DNA of 13,942 bases from Clostridia bacterium (GCA_045617125.1 JAZLIA010000143.1:1-13942); one strand, 5' to 3'. Shown: positions 7,832 through 13,942, counted from the stretch's first letter. The notes: generated by a model from the letters alone, not told the origin. Numbers and translations: made by a program.

Positions 7832-9433
7832 TCAGCCGTTTCCTTCCCAAAGATCGCTCTGCTTTACAAAGCCGTACTCATCATTTTCCGGAAACCACAC
7901 ATGATACCATTCGTCTCCGATGATGCCAATGATCTTCATGGTATGATATGCCGGATCAGAAAACGGGTTCACATAGAACACGCTGCCCGGATAATCATAC
8001 TCTTCCGGCCACACAAACACTTTTAATTCATATTCAGTCTTTGCCATCAATTGAGGCATAGCGGAGGTGTCGCACCGAAGCGGTTGATCTTTCTGTCCGA
8101 AAACCAAGTATTTTTTCATCATCCAGCCAAGCTGGTCCCCAACATACACACACGCCCAATCCCCGCGGATCTCGCTCACATGCACAGGGGTACCATTGTA
8201 ATACTTGCCAAGAGACCGGCTTTCCTTGTCCGGTTTCTCGCGCAGATGAAGCCGGTCCTGAGGATTAGGATTGCTGACCACGGCAAATTCTTCACTGGAG
8301 AAATGTTCCATCGCATCTTCGATCGATACAGGGATTGATCCCCACCGGATCACGCCAATATTCCGCCATGGATGAAAGCCGTAAAAGATCAGCTTACTGT
8401 CGTTTCCCGCATATAAACTGGTTTTTCCGAATATCAGCGGGTTTTCATAACCAAAGTTCCAAACGTATCTGATCCCGCTTCCGCCGCTGCGGGGAAAATC
8501 CTGAACGGAAACGCCCTGGATGAAATCACTTTTTTCAATGCCCAGATTATCATAAAAGTTTTCCACGCCGAGATACGTGTTTTTCGGCAGCGCACTGCTT
8601 TCACGCAATTCAGCCGTTCTCGGCACGATTTCATTGTAATAGCACACCGTATAGAATAGGTTCCCATCGGGCTTCTCCATCAGAAAATGCAAGTTGCCGG
8701 TTTGATATATCCCCTTAAGATAAGCTTCATCCGGCATCAGGGCAGCAGCAGCTTCCGAAAGGAAAACCTGTCCGGGCCAGGAATCGCTGTAGTCGCCGCC
8801 AAAGCCCATGGAAGGAAAACGCGCCAGGTCAAAATCGCCAAGATTTATACAGTTATTCAGCCAGAAGGCCGGCAGATACTCAGCAGCACTGTCATGCGTA
8901 AGGTGATTGCCGTTTTCCTCCTCAACCACCGCGCTGCGGCTTATCTCGCCTCCGTTTTCACTGCTCCATGCGACACTGTAGGTATACCAGACTTCTCCTC
9001 TTGAAAATGATGCAGTCTCATCCACGCAGCCCCAGACCCCGTCGCTGCTGCGTTCCGCATGGTAACGGACCACTTTATCCTCATAAAGATAGGTCCAGTA
9101 AATGGCATTGTCCGAATCCAGAAGCAGGGTCGGTAACTCTTCATCCTGCCGCAGAGCCATTGGATTACTGATGACCACTTCCCAGCGATCACCCTGCTTT
9201 TGTAAAACACACAGCGTTTTCTGTCCGTTCTGAATTCCAAAGCATGCAGCGGTTTTACCCCACATCTGCATCTGCACAGGCTGCCGGATCCCGTTTGAAG
9301 ATAAGCTCGCCAGTACCTGCTCATCATCGACATTTTCAGCCTGAACGATCCCTGCCGCAAAAAGGATGCAAAGCAAAGCAGTGATGCATCCGATCATCCT
9401 CCCGGTTATGAACCTTTGATTGCTGCGCTTCAT
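7832..9433 (-). CDS. Exported protein of unknown function: signal peptide, ~350-aa unassigned domain, then C-terminal SH3b-type domain(s)
   Basis: Track ORF of 533 aa with RBS GGGAGG 6 nt before ATG 9433. The signal peptide MKRSNQRFITGRMIGCITALLCILFAAGIVQA|EN is followed by residues 33-383, which I cannot assign to any family. Residues ~384-445 (RLHLREKPDKESRSLGKYYNGTPVHVSEIRGDWACVYVGDQLGWMMKKYLVF) form a clear bacterial SH3 (SH3_3-like) pattern. Residues ~466-530 (..IIGIIGDEWYHVWFPENDEYGFVKQSDLW) form a weaker second copy. Confidence 0.85.
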   Translation of the reverse strand: MKRSNQRFITGRMIGCITALLCILFAAGIVQAENVDDEQVLASLSSNGIRQPVQMQMWGKTAACFGIQNGQKTLCVLQKQGDRWEVVISNPMALRQDEELPTLLLDSDNAIYWTYLYEDKVVRYHAERSSDGVWGCVDETASFSRGEVWYTYSVAWSSENGGEISRSAVVEEENGNHLTHDSAAEYLPAFWLNNCINLGDFDLARFPSMGFGGDYSDSWPGQVFLSEAAAALMPDEAYLKGIYQTGNLHFLMEKPDGNLFYTVCYYNEIVPRTAELRESSALPKNTYLGVENFYDNLGIEKSDFIQGVSVQDFPRSGGSGIRYVWNFGYENPLIFGKTSLYAGNDSKLIFYGFHPWRNIGVIRWGSIPVSIEDAMEHFSSEEFAVVSNPNPQDRLHLREKPDKESRSLGKYYNGTPVHVSEIRGDWACVYVGDQLGWMMKKYLVFGQKDQPLRCDTSAMPQLMAKTEYELKVFVWPEEYDYPGSVFYVNPFSDPAYHTMKIIGIIGDEWYHVWFPENDEYGFVKQSDLWEGNG

Positions 9434-9465
9434 ATGTGCCTCCCTCGTGATTTTTTTCGGTACAT

Positions 9466-9494
9466 ATTATAAACGTGACAGCATCCGGTTTTCA
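9466..9494 (-). promoter_or_regulatory. Weak candidate promoter directly upstream of the 533-aa gene
   Basis: Minus strand reads TGAAAA (9494-9489), a 17-nt spacer, then a perfect TATAAT (9471-9466) preceded by CGTT. The -35 is poor (3/6). Confidence 0.3.
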
Positions 9495-9521
9495 TCCATG
9501 CTACCATATATATTTCTTGGC

Positions 9522-9734
9522 CTATTTCTTGGCAACATAGCCGACATAACCGTCAATGTTGACCATTACCCAGTTGCCTTTGATTTTGAGCGCATTCACT
9601 TTTACGCCATAAGAGAGATACCCCATGGTTGAGTAATCCGCTCCCGCACCAGCATGCAGCCTGGTATCGGGATTGATGATCACTGCCTCCTTTACCTTAT
9701 CATTACTGGAAAAAAAGTCAAGTGCTTCATTCAT
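9522..9734 (-). CDS. Small single SH3b-domain protein (70 aa as drawn), probably the out-of-frame body of a longer exported protein
   Basis: Track ORF. RLHAGAGADYSTMGYLSYGVKVNALKIKGNWVMVNIDGYVGYVAKK is an SH3_3-like pattern. Its own ATG has only a weak SD (TGGAATATC). A well-placed ATG at 9789, followed by a signal-peptide-like ORF, lies upstream in another frame (see findings). Confidence 0.5.
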   Translation of the reverse strand: MNEALDFFSSNDKVKEAVIINPDTRLHAGAGADYSTMGYLSYGVKVNALKIKGNWVMVNIDGYVGYVAKK

Positions 9735-9842
9735 GATATTCCATAAACAAAAGCAGTATACAAAATATGCAAAGAAACCCTTTTTTCATCTTTCTTTTAT
9801 CTCTTTCATGTCTTTTCCAGGCAAAAACCGTTGCATGTATAG

Positions 9843-9871
9843 ATAGTATGCGCTTGTTAAGGCTGAGTCAA
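9843..9871 (-). promoter_or_regulatory. Candidate sigma-A promoter for the SH3b gene pair
   Basis: Minus strand reads TTGACT (9871-9866), a 17-nt spacer, then TACTAT (9848-9843). It lies ~50 nt upstream of the ATG at 9789 and just downstream of the hairpin that ends the sigma/anti-sigma unit. Confidence 0.45.
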
Positions 9872-9983
9872 GAGCTCTGCCCGCTTTGTAACAATCGTTA
9901 CACGCTGCACCCAAAGCTGGAATTGCATATTCTTTACGCAGCTGTGTATGTCTGTTCCGGATGCCAAAAAGTTACTGACTCAA

Positions 9984-10028
9984 AACACCCCCTTATGCAA
10001 AGCGATATGCTTCACATAAGGAGGTGTT
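9984..10028 (-). terminator. Probable terminator hairpin after the anti-sigma gene
   Basis: The 14-bp arms are AACACCTCCTTATG / CATAAGGGGGTGTT (minus-strand sense) with a 17-nt loop, followed by UUGAG. The stem plus tail gives GGGGGUGUUUUGAG. The single non-Watson-Crick position is a U-G wobble on the minus-strand RNA but a C-A mismatch on the plus strand, which favours function in the minus transcript. It starts 25 nt after stop codon 10053-10055. Confidence 0.5.
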
Positions 10029-10052
10029 ACCCTTCATCCGTATCTTTCAGAT

Positions 10053-11738
10053 TCAGCCATTGATATTCTCTCTGGTTTCCTCAAACTGTGTTACATTCAG
10101 GTCCAGATCAAACTGGAGGTACCACCGAATGCCCTGACCGTTTTTCTCCTCCAGCAGCACCAGCAGGGTGGGATGGATCTTACGCTCATCAGGATCTGCC
10201 GGGTCATCAAACATGGTTCCGACAAGGAATACAGCCTGACTCAATTCATCTTCGGAACTGGATGTATGGGCAAGAAGATATTTCTCTCCTTTTTCAATGA
10301 TGACTTCCTCGTCCAAGTCATGTTCGTACAGGAATTGTGCCATCGTATACACACCGCTGTCTTTTCGCTGAGCAGTGTAAAGATCCAGGTCGCCGCCGTA
10401 GCGAAGCATGATCTGATCCGCCTTGTTCAGCAGATCGCTCTCCGAATCGCGTCCGGCAACATAACCCGCATCCAATGCGCGCAGTTCCTCCAGCATCCGG
10501 TAATATTCAGGCAGATCCTCCTTCGTCCAGAACATACGCGACAAAAGGCCGCTCTCATACGTTGGCAGAAGGGTCTCATCCCACATGATGTTGACAGCGC
10601 TGACCGCTTCTCCCGACTGCGCATCCATACAGATCATGAAGTAACCCAGTCTTGTACCGTAACCGGCGCCCAACGTTTCGCACGGACCGGGATTCGCTGC
10701 CGCTTCCTTGTTGAAGTTGCAGGAGAAGCAGACATCAATGGTTTCGGAAGGCTGAGGACTCAGAATCGCGGCAAAGTGACATTTGGTCATATCCTCCTTT
10801 GTAATGCCATATCGGTTCTCCATTTCCTGAACCGCTGTTTTAACAAAGGGGTCGGAGGATTCCAGCAGGTCATCCTTCAGTTCGGCAAAACAAATATCGA
10901 TATCCATGGCACGAAGACGGGCTTCATCGCTCTGAGCGCGCTCAAGAGGTGATATGTCATAACCGGTCTCCGTAAACAGGTTCACGAAGTGTTGACGTTT
11001 TTCCATGCTCAGCTTCAAAAAATCAGCCCGCTGTGCCTGCTCATAAACATAATCCCTGCTGCCGCTGTCCCAGCAGCGTTGGGCATAGTCAGGCCAGAAA
11101 TCATCATTGTAATAGAAGCAGTCGCTCACCTCGCCGGAGGGTGATGTGATCTCCACCAGGTATTCCCCTGGAGCAGGATACTCATGGTCATCATCCAGGT
11201 TCACATTGGTTCGGGGAGAAAAGTATATCCGCCACTGAAGGTAACTGTCCTGATAGGGTGCCTTATAGAATGTGGGATAAATTCCCATGGCGTTCAGTTC
11301 CGTCTGAGGCGTACCGAACTTTTTCATGATTGTATCTTTTGCAATTCGTACAGCATCATCCAGATTCAGATCACCTTCACCGGGTACAGTAGAAAGGATC
11401 ACATCTTCCTTCCTCCCGCCCTCTGATTCCAGCTTTTCAAGATAAGCCGGGATTTCCGACTCATCCACAATATCCACCTGTGCGGTGGTGTTCATGCGCT
11501 GGAATGATTCCTGCCACATGGCTATCAGGGCATCAAACGCACCGGTCGCCGCCAGTGCAGCGCAGGAAATCAACGTCAATACAAGTGCCAATATCAAGGC
11601 AAAAGATCCTTTCTTTTTCATAGCCTTTTCTCCTTTTGCATTCTCATAAAGCATCTGCCGCTGCCGGTCGGAGGTATGCACATGACGGAGTTCTTCATCC
11701 AGAATGCGTTGAATATCCATTTTCTCTGATGTTTTCAT
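10053..11738 (-). CDS. Single-pass membrane protein, putative anti-sigma factor with a ~490-aa extracytoplasmic domain containing PepSY-like modules, 561 aa
   Basis: Part of track ORF 10053..11756. The start moves to ATG 11738-11736 (MKTSEKMDIQRILDEEL), which overlaps the sigma gene's TGA as ATGA and is preceded by GGAGGAGAAGG. The protein has a short charged cytoplasmic N-terminus (~44 aa), one TM (SFALILALVLTLISCAALAATGAF) and a large ectodomain. The anti-sigma call rests on position, translational coupling and topology, not on a recognised sigma-binding motif. Confidence 0.75.
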   Translation of the reverse strand: MKTSEKMDIQRILDEELRHVHTSDRQRQMLYENAKGEKAMKKKGSFALILALVLTLISCAALAATGAFDALIAMWQESFQRMNTTAQVDIVDESEIPAYLEKLESEGGRKEDVILSTVPGEGDLNLDDAVRIAKDTIMKKFGTPQTELNAMGIYPTFYKAPYQDSYLQWRIYFSPRTNVNLDDDHEYPAPGEYLVEITSPSGEVSDCFYYNDDFWPDYAQRCWDSGSRDYVYEQAQRADFLKLSMEKRQHFVNLFTETGYDISPLERAQSDEARLRAMDIDICFAELKDDLLESSDPFVKTAVQEMENRYGITKEDMTKCHFAAILSPQPSETIDVCFSCNFNKEAAANPGPCETLGAGYGTRLGYFMICMDAQSGEAVSAVNIMWDETLLPTYESGLLSRMFWTKEDLPEYYRMLEELRALDAGYVAGRDSESDLLNKADQIMLRYGGDLDLYTAQRKDSGVYTMAQFLYEHDLDEEVIIEKGEKYLLAHTSSSEDELSQAVFLVGTMFDDPADPDERKIHPTLLVLLEEKNGQGIRWYLQFDLDLNVTQFEETRENING

Positions 11739-12250
11739 CCTTCTCCTCCTGACCATTCCGCTTTCAGAAGCCCTTCCGCTTTCTTCAGTCTTCGGTATAC
11801 GCAGCTTCGGGATAATCCCAGTGCTTTGCCTGTTTCCTCCAACGTCAGGTCCTGATAGTAATAAAGCAGCATCACCTGTTTATACTTTTCGGGAAGCCTC
11901 ATCACCGTCATACTGAGACTGTGATCCGGCTGAACGCAGCTGAGGATCGCCTCCGGAAGCTCATCCAGAGCCGCGTATCTGTCCACATGACGAAACCAGG
12001 CAGTGCGGGTATAATCCCTGCAGGTGTTGACGGCGATGCTCATCAGCCAGGCTTTTTCATTTTCCGGAAGGACGGAACGTCGGGTCAGGGCTTTCCAAGC
12101 CTTGATCCACGTATCCTGCAGAGCGTCCTCTGCCAAAGCGTAATCGGAAAGGTAAAGAAAACATACCCGCAGGATCTGATCCGAGTACACATTGATCCAG
12201 TTTGCCAGAATATGCTCAGGCTCGCCTTTCATCTGAGCGGCTTTCTCCAA
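11735..12250 (-). CDS. ECF-type (group 4) sigma-70 family RNA polymerase sigma factor
   Basis: Track ORF of 171 aa. Region 2: ILRVCFLYLSDYALAEDALQDTWIKAWKAL..WLMSIAVNTCRDYTR. Region 4 HTH: LPEKYKQVMLLYYYQDLTLEETGKALGLSRSCVYRRLKKAEGLLK. The start is uncertain: TTG 12250 (after GGGGGTGA) or ATG 12232 (MKGEPEH). Confidence 0.9.
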   Translation of the reverse strand: MEKAAQMKGEPEHILANWINVYSDQILRVCFLYLSDYALAEDALQDTWIKAWKALTRRSVLPENEKAWLMSIAVNTCRDYTRTAWFRHVDRYAALDELPEAILSCVQPDHSLSMTVMRLPEKYKQVMLLYYYQDLTLEETGKALGLSRSCVYRRLKKAEGLLKAEWSGGEG

Positions 12251-12270
12251 GCTTCATCACCCCCTGCATT

Positions 12271-12302
12271 ATTATAGACGAGTAAACCAGCCCGGATTTT
12301 CC
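12271..12302 (-). promoter_or_regulatory. Candidate promoter of the minus-strand ECF sigma operon (ECF-like -10 CGTC fused to TATAAT)
   Basis: Minus strand reads GGAAAA (12302-12297), a 16-nt spacer, CGTC (12280-12277), then TATAAT (12276-12271). The site lies ~20 nt upstream of the RBS. The -35 lacks the canonical AAC. Confidence 0.3.
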
Positions 12303-12443
12303 GATCAGCTGAAAAACTTCCTTGTCATTCCTTTTTTTCAGAATTTACTTTGGCCAAAAGCCGTATTATTATGGTGTGTGACCGTCCAATACAGCCAAAG
12401 CCACTGCAGCACAGGATGTACCGGCAAAAAAGTTTATAAACCC

Positions 12444-12469
12444 TGTAAGATTCTTCTGTGACATGCGTC
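12444..12469 (+). promoter_or_regulatory. Candidate ECF-type promoter of the plus-strand sigma operon
   Basis: TGTAAG (12444-12449), a 16-nt spacer, then CGTC (12466-12469). This resembles the TGTAAC-N16/17-CGxC pattern of Bacillus ECF promoters, except for G in place of the final C. It lies ~10 nt upstream of the AAAGGAGG RBS. Confidence 0.3.
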
Positions 12470-12494
12470 CAATATAGTGAAAGGAGGAGCCGCG

Positions 12495-12986
12495 ATGGAA
12501 CCAGAACGATTTGACGAAATCTACCAGAATTATTTTGATCCCGTCTATCGATATGTACTTTCTCTTTCCGGAGATCCGCACATCGCGGAAGAAGTAACCC
12601 AGGAAACCTTCTTCAAAGCTCTGCGGTCACTGGATCAGTTTCGGGGAAACAGCTGCATAAAAAGCTGGCTTTGTGCCATCGCAAAAAACATCTGGATCTC
12701 CGAACAGAGAAAAAAGAAGACGCAGCCCATGGATACGGTATCGGAACTGCCCGATCCGCACTTTGGTCCGGAGGAATGCATCACGCGTAAGGATGAAAGC
12801 ATGCGCATCCATCAGCTGCTTCACCGGCTGGATGAACCCTACCGGGAAGTTTTCACGCTGCGAACCTTGGGACAACTGAGTTTCCGGGACATTGGGGATC
12901 TGTTCGGAAAAACCGAAAACTGGGCCTGCGTGGTTTATCACCGTGCCCGCGCCAGACTCAAAAAAGAAATGGAGGAACAAAAATGA
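12495..12986 (+). CDS. ECF-type sigma-70 family RNA polymerase sigma factor, 163 aa
   Basis: Part of track ORF 12477..12986. The start moves to ATG 12495 (MEPERFDEIYQNYFDPVYRYVL), 7 nt after AAAGGAGG. Region 2: DPHIAEEVTQETFFKALRSLDQFRG..SWLCAIAKNIWISEQRK. Region 4: LDEPYREVFTLRTLGQLSFRDIGDLFGKTENWACVVYHRARARLKKEM. Confidence 0.92.
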   Translation: MEPERFDEIYQNYFDPVYRYVLSLSGDPHIAEEVTQETFFKALRSLDQFRGNSCIKSWLCAIAKNIWISEQRKKKTQPMDTVSELPDPHFGPEECITRKDESMRIHQLLHRLDEPYREVFTLRTLGQLSFRDIGDLFGKTENWACVVYHRARARLKKEMEEQK

Positions 12987-13942
12987 AACTGCCTTGTACT
13001 GTTGTTCGGGATCTTCTCCCCTTGTTTGCTGAAAAGATAACAGCACCGGAAACGCAATCACTGATCGAAGAACATTTATCAGGCTGTCCGGAATGCCGGA
13101 GGGAATATTCTGAAATCGAAGATGGAGCAACCGCCACGGCAGACATGGCCGTAAACACGGCAGCCCCCCTGCGGACACTGAAAAAAGAGATCCGCCGGCG
13201 GCGATGGTATGCTTCCCTGATTGCCGCATTATTCGTTTTTCTCGTTGCCATCCTCTATATTTACCATTCAGGCAGACTGAAGCCGCTTCCATGGGAAGAA
13301 GGATTGGTCACCGTGAAAGGAGTGGAGGAGATCGTTCCGGAGGAGCGTTTCGACCGTCAGTATCTGAATATTGTCAGTACAGAAACGGGTTCTTCCCAGG
13401 AGCATACCGAAAATGTACTGGTTTTGGAAACAAGCAGCCGGATCACGGGCATTAACATGAAAACGGAGTTCATCGAGGATGATGGCACCATAACGGCCAT
13501 TCTTCAGTGCTTTGGCAGAAACACGTCCTTCAATCAGAACCCATCTCCTCAGAGAGGGGAAATGGTCCTCCCTGTACCGGACCGGTTGATCTATGGCTAC
13601 GGAGATCCGCAGGTCCTTTTATGGGGCGAGCCGATGAACGGCGGCATCGAAGTATTGCCGCGGCTGACATTAAGCTATTACGCGATGATCGCAGCCGCAC
13701 TGGCAGTGTTTTCCGGGATCCTATGGCTCGTATGGCGAAATAAAAAAAGGAGTCGGGTTTTGCGGCAGCTCTTTTTTGCTCCGTTATCCTATCTCCTTGC
13801 ACATCTTTGCCTGATGGGTCTTCGCTCGATCAGCTTTTCCATCATGCGCGATTTTTGCTATATCCTTTTGACCGCGGCTGCGCTGTACGCGTTGATCTCA
13901 CTCCTGTGGCAGGTTTGGCTTGGCCGAAAAAATAACGTATAA
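12983..13942 (+). CDS. Zinc-finger (zf-HC2 / ZAS-type) anti-sigma factor, polytopic membrane protein, 319 aa
   Basis: Track ORF. ATG 12983 overlaps the sigma gene's TGA as ATGA. The motif C5-x25-H31-x3-C35-x2-C38 (..EEHLSGCPEC..) is the ZAS signature. The first TM is WYASLIAALFVFLVAILYIY, followed by a ~130-aa loop and three more hydrophobic helices at the C-terminus. The stop codon TAA is the last triplet of the window. Confidence 0.88.
   Translation: MKLPCTVVRDLLPLFAEKITAPETQSLIEEHLSGCPECRREYSEIEDGATATADMAVNTAAPLRTLKKEIRRRRWYASLIAALFVFLVAILYIYHSGRLKPLPWEEGLVTVKGVEEIVPEERFDRQYLNIVSTETGSSQEHTENVLVLETSSRITGINMKTEFIEDDGTITAILQCFGRNTSFNQNPSPQRGEMVLPVPDRLIYGYGDPQVLLWGEPMNGGIEVLPRLTLSYYAMIAAALAVFSGILWLVWRNKKRSRVLRQLFFAPLSYLLAHLCLMGLRSISFSIMRDFCYILLTAAALYALISLLWQVWLGRKNNV

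Noticed and set aside
9889-9902. GTAAC-N4-GTTAC inverted repeat upstream of the SH3b promoter candidate
   Set aside because: The arms are only 5 bp long, which is well within chance expectation, and the repeat does not recur elsewhere in the window.
9767-10063. 98-aa plus-strand ORF in the AT-richer gap, beginning with a leader-like MQRNPFFIFLLSLSCLF
   Set aside because: There is no SD before its ATG. It runs through the minus-strand promoter and terminator candidates and ends inside the anti-sigma gene, and its Cys/Leu-rich sequence matches no family I recognise.
10173-10952. 259-aa plus-strand ORF inside the anti-sigma gene
   Set aside because: This is an antisense shadow ORF with no RBS and no motifs. 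The minus-strand frame is supported by ATGA coupling to the sigma gene and by a coherent TM-plus-ectodomain architecture.
12349-12358. Perfect 10-bp palindrome TTTGGCCAAA in the divergent sigma control region
   Set aside because: Roughly one 10-bp palindrome per kilobase is expected by chance, so about a dozen would occur in a window this size. There is no second copy and no flanking symmetry.
12473-12478. TATAGT -10-like hexamer upstream of the plus-strand sigma gene
   Set aside because: A transcript started from it would begin inside or after the AAAGGAGG RBS, and no usable -35 sits at the right spacing.
12369-12581. 70-aa minus-strand ORF overlapping the start of the plus-strand sigma gene
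   Set aside because: It overlaps the RBS and start of a well-supported gene on the opposite strand, and has no RBS and no motifs.
12627-13292. 221-aa minus-strand ORF spanning the sigma / anti-sigma junction
   Set aside because: It lies antisense to two genes with clear ECF and zf-HC2 signatures, and it crosses their coupled junction, so it is not plausible as a gene.
1-13942. Search for mobile elements, CRISPR repeats, tRNA/rRNA genes, and defence or toxin-antitoxin hallmarks
   Set aside because: I found no transposase, integrase or recombinase-like ORFs, no terminal inverted repeats, no regularly spaced direct repeats, and no tRNA-like or rRNA-like stretches. There are also no nuclease, ATPase or small paired-ORF architectures. 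The window reads as metabolic and regulatory chromosome, not an island.

Overview
This window looks like chromosomal DNA from a Gram-positive, Clostridia-like organism, judging by strong GGAGG-type ribosome-binding sites, several TTG/GTG starts and ATGA stop/start overlaps. It falls into three blocks. (1) Left, 1-2730: a partial xylulokinase gene (minus strand, missing from the ORF track because it runs off the edge). It is divergent from a signal-peptide-less GH10 xylanase, which is followed by a PAP2 lipid phosphatase and a good terminator. (2) Centre, 2751-7773, minus strand: a GH130 mannoside-phosphorylase-like gene plus a CUT1-type sugar ABC importer. The importer has a binding protein and two permeases but no ATPase gene, and the second permease carries an unusual ~257-aa, 4-TM N-terminal extension. 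(3) Right, 7832-13942: two exported or orphan SH3b-domain proteins of unknown function, then an ECF sigma / large anti-sigma pair (minus strand). A second ECF sigma / zinc-finger anti-sigma pair lies divergent to it on the plus strand. I see no tRNA/rRNA genes, CRISPR arrays, transposases, integrases, or hallmarks of defence or toxin systems. The best candidate for something undescribed is the same-strand chain running ECF sigma, then an anti-sigma with a ~490-aa ectodomain built from PepSY-like modules, then exported SH3b proteins, then GH130 plus the ABC importer. This may be an extracytoplasmic sensing and surface module tied to glycan uptake, but that is inference rather than something the sequence shows. 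Several ORF-track starts are over-extended and are corrected below using RBS position, ATGA coupling and promoter or hairpin placement.
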